Assembly (NCBI GenBank): GCA_964473565.1
Contig: CAYYPI010000002.1
Coordinates: 3,095-67,094, forward strand
DNA: 64,000 bases
Source of the DNA: an uncultured Gammaproteobacteria bacterium
GTDB taxonomy: Bacteria > Patescibacteriota > Patescibacteriia > Patescibacteriales > UBA12465
Direction of reading: 5' to 3'
A program made the position numbers and the translations under genes. The notes under the pieces were generated by a model. That model had not been told where the DNA came from. It searched no databases and was given only the letters and a program-made list of their open reading frames with translations. Positions 33,254 to 43,081 of the stretch are shown here, piece after piece (the stretch's first letter is position 1; every line of letters starts with the position of its first letter).

Positions 33254-33436
33254 AATATATTTTTTACTTTTTTAAAGATCTTTTCTGCGCCTCCCGGCAG
33301 ACTAGGATGCTAATTCTAGCATTATATAATAATCTCATATAAACATGCTTGTGTCAATATTTCCTCTAGAATAAAATTATAGTATAATTACTATACTTGT
33401 TTAATTAGTAATTCATAGCACAATAAACTAAAATTT

Positions 33437-34906
33437 ATGAAAAAAATAATTACTTATTCTCTTTTTATCAGTTTACTTCTAAGTACTTTTATACCTAGTC
33501 TAAGTAAGGCTGCTATTGATCCTGAGTTTGATCCCAATAATATTATTAGTGATAGCTTACTTTTAGATGCAGACACTATGAGTCTTGAAGATATTCAGGA
33601 ATTTTTAGAAAAGCAAGGAAGTTACTTGGCTTCTTATACTACAGAGGATACCTATGGAACTAAAAAAACCGCTGCTGAGATAATATATAATGCAGCTACC
33701 AACAATTATAATTGTGACGGTGTTGATTTAACTGACACGCCAACAGAAAATGAGAAAGCCTTAAAGTGTAGAAGAATAAAAACAGTTAATCCTAAATTTC
33801 TATTAGTATTACTACAAAAAGAACAAAGTTTAATTGAAGAAACTAATCCTAGCCAAAGACAATTAGACTGGGCTACTGGTTATGGATGTCCTGATGGTGA
33901 TTCTTGTAATCCATACTGGGAAGGCTTTGGTAAGCAGGTAAACAGCGCTGCTTTACAATTTTGGTGGTATATGAAATATCCTCAAAGCTATAATTACAAA
34001 ATGGGAAATACTTACACTTTTAACAATCCTTATGGAACTATAGAAACAAAAACTGTAACAGCTACACCTGAAAATAAAGCTACAGCAGCTTTATACAACT
34101 ACACCCCTCATGTATTTAATGGAAATTATAATGTTTATAAATTATTGAAAAGATATTTCCCTCCCACAAGATATCCTGATGGAACCTTATTGCAAGCTAA
34201 AGGAGAAGTTGGTGTTTGGTTGATAGATAACGGCGAAAAAAGACCATTTTTAACTAAAAGCGCTTTAGTTTCTCGCTTTGATGAAAATAAAATAGTAGAA
34301 GTAGAGAGCGCAGATTTAAACGCCTACATTAAAGGTGCTCCAATAAAATTTAGTAATTACTCACTAGTAAAGTCACCTAAAGGATCTATATATTTATTGG
34401 TTGATAATAAAAAAAGAAAGTTTGCTTCTACTGAGGCCTTTAAAAAAATTGGCTATAGCACAGATGAAATTCAAAATGCTAGCTGGCAAGATATAAACAG
34501 TTATGAAGATGGTGCTCCTATTACCATTACTTCAGCCTATCCAACTGGCGCCTTGCTACAAGATAAAATTACTGGTGGAGTATACTGGGTAGAAGAAGGA
34601 AAAAAACATCCCATTATTGATAAAAGCTTTTTAAACACTAAATATAAAGGAAAGAGTATTATTCCTGTTGAGCCAAGTGAATTAGCTCAATATGAAACTG
34701 CTGCTAAAGCCTTATTTGACAATGGTGAACTTCTAAAAAGTCCTCTTTCTACAGCAGTGTATCTAATTGATGATGGCAAGAAAAGACCATTTGCTTCAGG
34801 TGAAGATTTTGTTTCTCTAGGATATAAATGGGAAAATATAATTAGCACCTCTCCTCAAGTATTATATCTATATCCTGATGGAGCTATCTTAAATGATGAA
34901 AAATAA
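33437..34906 (+). CDS. secreted protein with four C-terminal ~45-aa repeats
   Basis: Signal peptide. Repeats are GVWLIDNGEKRPF..., SIYLLVDNKKRKF..., GVYWVEEGKKHPI... and AVYLIDDGKKRPF... Confidence 0.55.
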   Translation: MKKIITYSLFISLLLSTFIPSLSKAAIDPEFDPNNIISDSLLLDADTMSLEDIQEFLEKQGSYLASYTTEDTYGTKKTAAEIIYNAATNNYNCDGVDLTDTPTENEKALKCRRIKTVNPKFLLVLLQKEQSLIEETNPSQRQLDWATGYGCPDGDSCNPYWEGFGKQVNSAALQFWWYMKYPQSYNYKMGNTYTFNNPYGTIETKTVTATPENKATAALYNYTPHVFNGNYNVYKLLKRYFPPTRYPDGTLLQAKGEVGVWLIDNGEKRPFLTKSALVSRFDENKIVEVESADLNAYIKGAPIKFSNYSLVKSPKGSIYLLVDNKKRKFASTEAFKKIGYSTDEIQNASWQDINSYEDGAPITITSAYPTGALLQDKITGGVYWVEEGKKHPIIDKSFLNTKYKGKSIIPVEPSELAQYETAAKALFDNGELLKSPLSTAVYLIDDGKKRPFASGEDFVSLGYKWENIISTSPQVLYLYPDGAILNDEK

Positions 34907-35039
34907 AGAAACTCATCTATATAAAACTAATAAATTCCGCTCTAAACGGAATTTATTACTTTTATAGTCAAAAATACTTTACAGATTCATTACAAACAGT
35001 ATAATTAATAACTAGACTAAAAAATAAGATAAAAAAGAT

Positions 35040-35849
35040 ATGCCTGTAATTTATAGCGCACTACTTCCCCACTCTCCTCTACTTTTAAAACCTATTGGTA
35101 AGGAAAATACAGAAAAATTAGAAACTACTATCAATTCATACCAAAGGGTTATTGATAAAATCAAACAAAAAGAAATTAGCACTATTGTTGTTATTACTCC
35201 ACATGGAAAAAAAGATGATGATAAACATTGTATTAATAATAACTTAAAATATAAAATTGATTTAAAAGAGTTTGGAGATCTTTCAAGTAGATTGGAAATA
35301 AAACCTGACTTACCTTTATTTCAGAAATTACAAGATTCTGAACATGTAAATAAACAATTAAAGACTTACCAGGAAGAAAATCTGGATTATGGTAGCGCAA
35401 TTGCACTTTATTTAATTATATCTCAACTAAGCAACCTTACAGCTCTAAGTATTAGTACTAGTGATAATGATAATCAAGAAAATTATGATTTTGGTAAAAA
35501 GCTAAATCAAGCTCTTAAAAAAAGTAATCAAAATATTGCTTTAATAGCTTCCGGAGATATGAGCCACTGTCTTAGCAAAAAATCACCTCAAGGGTACAAT
35601 CCTAAGGCAGTAAAGTTTGACAACCAGCTTAAAGAAATTATTTCACAAAACACTGAAATTGATAAAAAAATACTGGCTTTTGACCAGAATTTAATTGCGA
35701 AAGCTAAAGAGTGCGGACTTAAACCACTGCTAATAGCTCTAGGAGTCTTATCAGATTATAATTATGAAAGCAAAGTTCTTTCTTATCAAGATGATTTTGG
35801 TATTGGTTATTTATCAGCAGACTTTGATAATCTAGAAATTAAAAACTAA
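35040..35849 (+). CDS. class-III extradiol dioxygenase (LigB)/MEMO-like family protein
   Basis: N-terminal ALLPHSPLL and internal ASGDMSHCLS are typical of the fold family. Function is unclear. Confidence 0.5.
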   Translation: MPVIYSALLPHSPLLLKPIGKENTEKLETTINSYQRVIDKIKQKEISTIVVITPHGKKDDDKHCINNNLKYKIDLKEFGDLSSRLEIKPDLPLFQKLQDSEHVNKQLKTYQEENLDYGSAIALYLIISQLSNLTALSISTSDNDNQENYDFGKKLNQALKKSNQNIALIASGDMSHCLSKKSPQGYNPKAVKFDNQLKEIISQNTEIDKKILAFDQNLIAKAKECGLKPLLIALGVLSDYNYESKVLSYQDDFGIGYLSADFDNLEIKN

Positions 35850-35863
35850 TAATGAAAAAAGTG

Positions 35864-36181
35864 TTATTTTTTTTCAGTATTATTTATTTTTTTAGTATCT
35901 TTTGCTTGATTGCTAATAACCTTAAAAAAATACTTCCACTTAGGACCGCTAGGACAAAGCTCCTTAGTGTCTATTAAAGCCTGACGAACCTGTTTTTCGC
36001 TATATACCTTACAAATCCTAAAAACAGAAGAACGTTTAAAGTTAGGAATACTTAGCTCATTAATTACTTGTAAAGCTAAGTCTTGCCATTGATAGGCTGG
36101 TGCTTTAACCTTTTTCTTGTGCTGCATGATTGAACCAAAAGATTCAAAATCACTATTAGTCTTTTTATTGTCTTCACTCAT
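35864..36181 (-). CDS. hypothetical small basic protein
   Basis: 105-aa ORF with no motif. Confidence 0.4.
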   Translation of the reverse strand: MSEDNKKTNSDFESFGSIMQHKKKVKAPAYQWQDLALQVINELSIPNFKRSSVFRICKVYSEKQVRQALIDTKELCPSGPKWKYFFKVISNQAKDTKKINNTEKK

Positions 36182-36220
36182 ATAGAAAAAAACTTAGATT
36201 ATTTATTACTATTATAACAT

Positions 36221-36694
36221 ATGGCTAAAATCTTACCTATAACTATAGCCCCCAACAAAATATTAAGAGAAAAATCTAAGGATATCAATCCTGAAGATTT
36301 AAAAAAAGCTGAAATAAAAGAGCTGCTTTTAGATATGGAAAAAACAATGATTCAAGAGGATGGTTTGGGTTTAGCTGCCCCTCAAATTGGTAAAAACCTT
36401 AACATTTTTGTAATTAATAATAAAGGAAAAACATTATTTATCATTAACCCTAAAATAACTAAACGTTCCTGGGCAAAAGCAATGGATCAAGAAGGTTGTC
36501 TTTCTATCCCTAATACCTACGGCGATGTTTTAAGGCACAAAAAAATAAATATTAATTATATAAATGAAAAAGGCAAAAAACAGAAACTCAGTGCCTCTAA
36601 TTTACTAGCTAGAATAATACAACATGAATACGACCATATAAATGGCATATTATTTACTGATAAGGCAGAAAATATAATAGTAAAAGAAAATTAA
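36221..36694 (+). CDS. def: peptide deformylase
   Basis: GLAAPQIG, EGCLS and QHEYDH motifs. Confidence 0.9.
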   Translation: MAKILPITIAPNKILREKSKDINPEDLKKAEIKELLLDMEKTMIQEDGLGLAAPQIGKNLNIFVINNKGKTLFIINPKITKRSWAKAMDQEGCLSIPNTYGDVLRHKKININYINEKGKKQKLSASNLLARIIQHEYDHINGILFTDKAENIIVKEN

Positions 36695-36699
36695 TTAAT

Positions 36700-37644
36700 A
36701 TGATTAAATCGAAAAAATACAAAACTGTTATCATGGGCACACCTGAGTTTGCTGTTAAACCCTTCTCTGCTTTAATCTCAGACCCTAATTTTGAGGTTGT
36801 TTTAGCTGTATCACAGCCAGATAAAAAAGTAGGAAGAAAACAAATCATGCAAGCTACGCCAGTAAAAAAGCTAGCTCAAGAAAATAATATTGAAGTAGCT
36901 CAACCTGAAAAAATAAAAGATATAGAAGAAAAATTAAAAAGTCTAAATGCTGATATACTAGTAGTTATCGCCTATGGCAAAATACTTCCACAAAGAATAC
37001 TGGATATCTTTAAGCGTGGCGCTATTAATGTCCACGGCTCACTACTTCCAAAATACAGAGGCTCTAGTTGCATGCAGGCAGCTATTTTAAATGGAGATAA
37101 AGAAACAGGAGTAACTATCATGTTAATGGATGCTGGCATGGATACAGGAGATATTTTAAAACAATTTAAAGTTAATATAGAGACTGATGAAACTATTAGC
37201 TCCTTACATGACAAGCTAAGTGAACTTAGCGCTAAAACACTACCAGCAACTTTAATTGAATACTTACAAGGAAATATAAAACCTCAAAAACAAGATGAAG
37301 AAAAGGCCTGTACAGTGAAGATGCTAAGCAAAGAAGATGGACACTTAAACTTTAACAAAAGCGCTAACTATATTGATAGACAAGTTAGAGCCCTAAATCC
37401 TTGGCCCTCAACTTTTGCTAGACTAGATAAAGAATACTTGAAAATTTTAGAAACAGGCAGTATAATAACAACAGATCAGCCACATGAAATTGGTGAGCTG
37501 TTTTTTAATAACAACTCTTTATTTGTGCAAACCAAAGATAAAGCAATAGAAATAACAAAATTACAGGTTTCAGGTAAAAAACCAGCCAATAAAGAAAACA
37601 TTATAAGTGGGTACAAACACTTAGAAGGAAAAGTATTGCAATAA
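36700..37644 (+). CDS. fmt: methionyl-tRNA formyltransferase
   Basis: Classic def-fmt adjacency. INVHGSLLPKYRG and the formyltransferase N- and C-domains. Confidence 0.9.
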   Translation: MIKSKKYKTVIMGTPEFAVKPFSALISDPNFEVVLAVSQPDKKVGRKQIMQATPVKKLAQENNIEVAQPEKIKDIEEKLKSLNADILVVIAYGKILPQRILDIFKRGAINVHGSLLPKYRGSSCMQAAILNGDKETGVTIMLMDAGMDTGDILKQFKVNIETDETISSLHDKLSELSAKTLPATLIEYLQGNIKPQKQDEEKACTVKMLSKEDGHLNFNKSANYIDRQVRALNPWPSTFARLDKEYLKILETGSIITTDQPHEIGELFFNNNSLFVQTKDKAIEITKLQVSGKKPANKENIISGYKHLEGKVLQ

Positions 37645-37654
37645 AATACTATAA

Positions 37655-37726
37655 GGTCCCTTCGTCTAGTGGTTAGGACGCCAGGTTCTCATCCTGGTAA
37701 CAGGGGTTCGATTCCCCTAGGGACTA
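37655..37726 (+). tRNA. tRNA-Glu (anticodon CTC)
   Basis: GGTCCCT acceptor, anticodon arm CCAGG-TTCTCAT-CCTGG, T arm AGGGG-TTCGATT-CCCCT. Confidence 0.9.
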
Positions 37727-37734
37727 CATTAAAA

Positions 37735-37763
37735 AGAGCTGACAGAAAGTCAGTTCTTTTTTT
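37735..37763 (+). terminator. rho-independent terminator after tRNA-Glu
   Basis: AGAGCTGAC-AGAAA-GTCAGTTCT followed by T6. Confidence 0.75.
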
Positions 37764-37836
37764 AATTTAAAGAATTTAAAATATAAAAAAGACCTATATT
37801 AAATACAGGCCTTATAAATAGCTTTTAGTAGCTAGT

Positions 37837-38997
37837 CTAGTAAAAAATGGTTTGATTAGAACCGAACTTTGATTTGATAGCTACGGTATAATCTTTCTTT
37901 TCTGTAATTACACCAGCTACTCTAGCATCAACATTAAAAGTTCCTGCTAAATCCAGGAATTTCTCCACATTCTCATCATCAACCACTACAACAGATCCCT
38001 GTCCTCCATTCCAAGTGCTATAACACTCTTCATCAGATAAGCCTCGCCAAGAAGCACACTTTAGCATTATCTCTGGTGGCTCAAAAAGATTAAACAATTC
38101 AGCTGAGAGTCCTTGGGGTGAAAGCATATCTTTACCAAGTTTAGACTCAAAAGCACCACCGGATAAATGAACAATTAAATGCATTGGAATAAAAGGTTCA
38201 ATTGAAACCTCATTCTCATTAGAAGTCCAACCATGAGCATAGTTAAGCAAACGATCATACTGAGTTGATGGAGTAGAAGCCGCAATAATGTCATCTAAAG
38301 CATCTGGGTTATCATACCAATTATCACCATAATGAATTTGTAGCGCCTTTCTAACACTACTAATACCATTACTTCTAAAATCATCACGCAAAGCAATGAT
38401 TGTTTGACCAGGTTTCAAGGTGTCACCGTAAATCATTTTATCAGGATGATAGACTCCAAGCATGGTTCCGCCCCAATTAAATGCTAACTCAGGGTTAGGA
38501 TTATCAGAACCTACACAAACTCCCAATTCAGCAGTTTCACCTCCCAGTAGTACATAGTTGTGCTCATCAGCTAAAACTTTCAATCCAAGCATAGCGTCTT
38601 TGCACATACGATATGTTTTTGAATCAAGTCCTCCTAGACTACGAACATCAAAAATATTCATAAAAACTAGCGGCAGACCACCATAGCGGGTAATATCCAT
38701 AGCCGTCATAGCAATTACATTGCTAGCGGCTGTTTCTAGTTTACCAGAAGCAACAATAGGAATAACCTTAGTGCCAACACCATCAACCACCATAGTTAGC
38801 ATTGAGTGCGTTGGTAGATTTTTAAAATTAAAGCCCCTGGGACCACGAAAATTGGCTTTGGACAAATCATTAACTCTCACAAAACGAGAGTTGTGATAAG
38901 TGCTTTTGCAAATATCACCGCAAAAACTACTAAACGCATCACCGGCATTAATATTAACACCATCCTGCGCGTACTTGTCATTACTGTTTTTTACCAT
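37837..38997 (-). CDS. AIR-synthase (PurM)-family protein, divergent
   Basis: YAQDGVNINAGD and the VVDGVGTK motif are PurM-like. The remainder is divergent. Confidence 0.6.
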   Translation of the reverse strand: MVKNSNDKYAQDGVNINAGDAFSSFCGDICKSTYHNSRFVRVNDLSKANFRGPRGFNFKNLPTHSMLTMVVDGVGTKVIPIVASGKLETAASNVIAMTAMDITRYGGLPLVFMNIFDVRSLGGLDSKTYRMCKDAMLGLKVLADEHNYVLLGGETAELGVCVGSDNPNPELAFNWGGTMLGVYHPDKMIYGDTLKPGQTIIALRDDFRSNGISSVRKALQIHYGDNWYDNPDALDDIIAASTPSTQYDRLLNYAHGWTSNENEVSIEPFIPMHLIVHLSGGAFESKLGKDMLSPQGLSAELFNLFEPPEIMLKCASWRGLSDEECYSTWNGGQGSVVVVDDENVEKFLDLAGTFNVDARVAGVITEKKDYTVAIKSKFGSNQTIFY

Positions 38998-39164
38998 TTT
39001 AATTTATTTTTAATGAAAAGAACTATTTCTATTAATTATACTAACATAATATAATATATTAAAATCGTCAATAATATTGTTATTAATAAAAAATCCCGCT
39101 TATTTTTAAAACGAGATTTATTTTTTTGTTTAGCTTGAAAGAATAAAGAACTAAAACTTTAAAA

Positions 39165-39698
39165 TTACTTGCTAACAGCAAGGAAACGGCAAAATGGTTG
39201 CCAAATACCTTCCAGGCGTGAAGTTCCCAGTTCTCGCCCATGATCATCAAAATCAATAGCAACAACCCGAGAAGAAGAACGAGTAACTCTCCAAGCAGAG
39301 CCAAGTGCAATAATTGGGAAACTTTTTTGTAATTCAGGGTAACTTTCTGCAAAGGCTAATTGCTCTGCTAAAGTAGCTGGTCTAAACCGTGAATCTGTTT
39401 TATTAATTTTATCAATAACAGACTCGCTACTCATAAAACGGTCAAAGTGAAATAGTTTAGCACATACACTTACTTTTTGGCCTAATAGTTCCACTGGCAA
39501 AGGAAAATATTTTTCCTTAATGTCTCTATCTATCCAATCAAAAGCGCAAACCTTAATCATTTCTTCTAAACTGCGGGAATAATCAACAGTTAACTTAAAC
39601 TCTTTGTCTTTAGTGACTTTCATGTTTTCAACAGCAGTGAAATCTTTTTCATTTATTACTTCACATCCTGTACTCTCTTCATTTGCCCTAATGTTCAT
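39165..39698 (-). CDS. hypothetical protein (paralogue of the 7368-7838 ORF)
   Basis: Shared KLFHF...RPATLAE...YPE...IIALGSAWR pattern. Confidence 0.5.
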   Translation of the reverse strand: MNIRANEESTGCEVINEKDFTAVENMKVTKDKEFKLTVDYSRSLEEMIKVCAFDWIDRDIKEKYFPLPVELLGQKVSVCAKLFHFDRFMSSESVIDKINKTDSRFRPATLAEQLAFAESYPELQKSFPIIALGSAWRVTRSSSRVVAIDFDDHGRELGTSRLEGIWQPFCRFLAVSK

Positions 39699-39845
39699 AA
39701 TTACTTTTTCAGTTATTAGTTATTATTTAATTTTAAAAAACCTTCAATATCGTAGCAAAATATTAATACTTAGTCAATAACAAAATAGCAAACAAGATAA
39801 ACTTATTTGCTAAATATTTTATTTATTAGATTTTTGAAGCTATAT

Positions 39846-40238
39846 TTATAACAACTTTTTCATCTTCCTAATATAAAAGATTAAAGTCAATACAAGTATT
39901 AGATCTAATAGAAAAATTACTGAATAAGAACTGAAAGAAATGCCAAGATAATTAATTTTATTAACCCAAAAATATAAAGCAAACAATCCATCAAAGAAAA
40001 TTAAACCTAAGATGTACTTTAACCAAAATACTTTAGTCTTCTCTTTTATTAAATTCAAATTTAAAATAGCTAAAGCTGCAATTAAAATCATTAAAACTCC
40101 AGAGAACCATAAAGGCATGGCATATGTGCTAATAAAAATATCAGCACTGCTAACTAAACGTAAGAAATGCATAAATGCAACTACTGTAAAGATAACTGCA
40201 TTAAGAACTATAATGTTTTCTTTATTAATCTTTTTCAT
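39846..40238 (-). CDS. small polytopic membrane protein
   Basis: 130 aa with 4 hydrophobic helices. Confidence 0.5.
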   Translation of the reverse strand: MKKINKENIIVLNAVIFTVVAFMHFLRLVSSADIFISTYAMPLWFSGVLMILIAALAILNLNLIKEKTKVFWLKYILGLIFFDGLFALYFWVNKINYLGISFSSYSVIFLLDLILVLTLIFYIRKMKKLL

Positions 40239-40263
40239 ATTTTTATATTAATAATAAATAATA

Positions 40264-41913
40264 CTAGTAGTATTCCATTTTCTCTAAAGACTTTATCGCT
40301 AAATTTTTAAAAATAAGTATAGCTATAAGTGAAAAAAGAGTAAATAATATAAGTAAGAGATAATTAGTACTAGATATACTTAGATAAAAAATATATGTAG
40401 CTAAAGCTATATAAATTAAAGCAGATATCATAAAAATAATACCAGGAGCCGAAGTGCTTAAATCATTAGGATCATTGGTTTCAAAATTAATGTAAATAGC
40501 ACCTAGAGCTAAACCAAACATACTTAAAGTTGCAACACTTATTATGACAATAAAGTTTAAAAGTAAGGATAAATAAAGATTTATTTCTAAAGGTATAATA
40601 TATAATAACAGCGACAAAACACCTAAAAGAATTAAAACCAAAGTAAATAATTTAAACTTAGTTAAAAAAACCTTAGACATCTTAATCGGTGCTGAGCCCA
40701 TAATCCAGGAAGTGTCACTTTCCTGACTAAAAGATGGGAAAACAAATCTAATAATAAAAGCTGTAATAAAAAATAGAACAATCACTAACTGCACAGCTAT
40801 CATATTATCACCCAAAACAAAACCATCACCAATACTTGAATATTTATCCAGCAGTGTAATTACACCTACTTGAGCAAATAATAATATTGCTAAAAATGAA
40901 AACCACAAAAAGTTTTTAGCTGAGCGCAATGAAGTTAAGAGTTCTTTTTTGTAAATAACAGCTTCAGCTGATTTTGGAAAACTTCCTTCTAAGACATGCC
41001 TATTAGTTTCCTTTTTTTCTCTCTTAGCTTCAAAAGAGCCCTCTTGAAAACCTTGCCAAATATTAAGAAACTTGGACTCTAAAACTTTAAATATTAAAAA
41101 TATGATAAATAAAGCTAATAATAATATACTTACATATTTAATGGCAGCCATATTATTAGCTATTTGAAAATTAAAAATAACCATAGCAGGATAGTGGGAT
41201 GGAAATACAGAAAAATATTCAAGAAAAAGTGATAAATTAGGATTAACAATATTATCTACTTGAAAAACTTTCTCTAAGTTCATGTTAATAATTTTTTGCC
41301 ATACAAATAAAGCCATGTAGACCACCACAGCACTGACAAGTAAAACTAGAACTTTAAAGCTTTTTATCTTAAACTGATTCATGATTATTGAAAAGATAAA
41401 AATAATCATTATTGCCAATAAAGAACAAATTATCGCAAAAAATAACACTGCTAAAACTGATAAAAAAACAGCTAAAAAAGAAAAGTTAAAGATTTGACCA
41501 GCAGCTATCAGTAAAGGAATACTAATAATAACAATAGCCCAAGTAGAGTGATTTATAGCTTTAAAGGAATTGACCCATAACATTTTTTTATATTTAGGGC
41601 TAGCCATTATCCAGTTATCCTTATAAGCTTTAAAAAAGTTAACTAAACCAAAAACTGTACTGCTAACAAAAATTAAAAAGCCAGTAATTACTAATAAAAT
41701 CTCATAAATATATAAAGGGCCTATTTGATTCATGAAAATATCCTTTTCTGTTTGTGTAAACTCTAAACCAAGTTTAGCTGCATAAAAAACGCCCCAAGCG
41801 ATAAAAGCTATAAGTACAAGCATTAAAATACTTACAGAAATTCGCGCTACTTTATTTTCTTGAAAGTATCTCAACAAGATTCTTTTTTGATATTTAAAAA
41901 ATTCTTTAAACAT
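40264..41913 (-). CDS. ABC transporter permease (polytopic, 12+ TM)
   Basis: Overlaps the ATPase gene stop by 8 nt. Highly hydrophobic, 549 aa. Confidence 0.6.
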   Translation of the reverse strand: MFKEFFKYQKRILLRYFQENKVARISVSILMLVLIAFIAWGVFYAAKLGLEFTQTEKDIFMNQIGPLYIYEILLVITGFLIFVSSTVFGLVNFFKAYKDNWIMASPKYKKMLWVNSFKAINHSTWAIVIISIPLLIAAGQIFNFSFLAVFLSVLAVLFFAIICSLLAIMIIFIFSIIMNQFKIKSFKVLVLLVSAVVVYMALFVWQKIINMNLEKVFQVDNIVNPNLSLFLEYFSVFPSHYPAMVIFNFQIANNMAAIKYVSILLLALFIIFLIFKVLESKFLNIWQGFQEGSFEAKREKKETNRHVLEGSFPKSAEAVIYKKELLTSLRSAKNFLWFSFLAILLFAQVGVITLLDKYSSIGDGFVLGDNMIAVQLVIVLFFITAFIIRFVFPSFSQESDTSWIMGSAPIKMSKVFLTKFKLFTLVLILLGVLSLLLYIIPLEINLYLSLLLNFIVIISVATLSMFGLALGAIYINFETNDPNDLSTSAPGIIFMISALIYIALATYIFYLSISSTNYLLLILFTLFSLIAILIFKNLAIKSLEKMEYY

Positions 41914-42631
41914 GTTTAGTGAAATTAAAATATACTTCAGATAAACTAGCGCTCTCGCTATTAATTTTCTTCCTTAAATTATCTAGAGTGTCAGTAGCAA
42001 TAAGCTTACCTTCATGCAAAATACCAATCTTTGATGAATATTTTTGAGCTACAGGTAGGGTATGAGTGGTCATAAATACTGTTCCACCTTCCCTGCTAAA
42101 TTTACTTAGCAAATTCATGGCTACCTCAGCAGACTCTGGATCAAGGCCCACTATAGGCTCATCTACTAAAATTAACTTAGGATTATGTAGTAAAGCTGCT
42201 AAAATACTAAACTTTTGCTTATTACCCCTAGAATAATTTTCAAAATATTTCTTTTCAATACCCTTTAAATCAAAGTGAGCTAAAAGCTCAACAATCTTTT
42301 TGGAGATCTCTTCTTTTTTCATACCATAAAGAGCTCCTGAGAAATATAAAAACTCTTCACCAGTAATATGATTCCAAATTTTAGGTTCATCAGGGATATA
42401 AGCTAACTGCTCCTTAGCTTTAATTGGAGATTCTTTAATACTTTTACCATTAATCAAAACATCACCAGAGCTAGGGCGTAAAAGCCCTAAGATATTTTTT
42501 ATAATAGTAGTCTTACCTGAACCATTAGGACCTATTAAAGAAAAAAATTCCCCTTCATTAACTCTTAGATTAATATTTTTAACAGCAGAAAATCCAGCAA
42601 ATTTTTTATTTAAGTTTTTTATCTCTAACAT
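41906..42631 (-). CDS. ABC transporter ATP-binding protein
   Basis: GPNGSGKTT, signature YSRGNKQKF, Walker B LILVDEP. Confidence 0.9.
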   Translation of the reverse strand: MLEIKNLNKKFAGFSAVKNINLRVNEGEFFSLIGPNGSGKTTIIKNILGLLRPSSGDVLINGKSIKESPIKAKEQLAYIPDEPKIWNHITGEEFLYFSGALYGMKKEEISKKIVELLAHFDLKGIEKKYFENYSRGNKQKFSILAALLHNPKLILVDEPIVGLDPESAEVAMNLLSKFSREGGTVFMTTHTLPVAQKYSSKIGILHEGKLIATDTLDNLRKKINSESASLSEVYFNFTKHV

Positions 42632-42670
42632 TTTAATATTGTTAATATTCTTAAGTAACTATAGTATAAC

Positions 42671-42700
42671 ATAAAAAAACAGCTTAGTTAAAAGCTGTTT
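42671..42700 (-). terminator. terminator after the tRNA pair
   Basis: AAACAGCTT / AAGCTGTTT stem followed by a T-run on the minus strand. Confidence 0.65.
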
Positions 42701-42714
42701 TAATATAATTTGTG

Positions 42715-42788
42715 AGCCACCCGTCGGATTCGAACCGACGACCTACTGTTTACAAAACAGTTGCTCTAACCAGCTGAGCTAGGGTGGC
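42715..42788 (-). tRNA. tRNA-Thr (anticodon TGT)
   Basis: GCCACCC acceptor, anticodon arm ACTGT-TTTGTAA-ACAGT, T arm GTCGG-TTCGAAT-CCGAC. Confidence 0.9.
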
Positions 42789-42835
42789 AATATCTAAATA
42801 TATTTAAATACTTATATAAATATATTATTTGTATG

Positions 42836-42908
42836 TGCGCCCACTAGGATTCGAACCTAGGACCTTCTGCTTAAAAGGCAGCTGCTCTACCGACTGAGCT
42901 ATAGGCGC
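42836..42908 (-). tRNA. tRNA-Lys (anticodon TTT)
   Basis: GCGCCTA acceptor, anticodon loop CTTTTAA, T arm CTAGG-TTCGAAT-CCTAG. Confidence 0.9.
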
Positions 42909-43081
42909 TAAAAAATAAAAGTGCTATCTGAGCACAGTTATTAATAATAATAACAAAACATTTTTTATTTGTAAATACCTGCTTAAAAAGTGCAAAACCT
43001 GTGTAATAAATGGGGTTGATTTTTAATGCTCACTTAGTGTAAGATAAAGAAATACAAGTAGATATAAATAACTAGAAAAGC

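Noticed and set aside
39083-39352. 89-aa ORF overlapping the 3' end of the 39165-39698 ORF in another frame.
   Set aside because: Leu-rich low-complexity translation. The overlapped ORF has a paralogue-supported motif.
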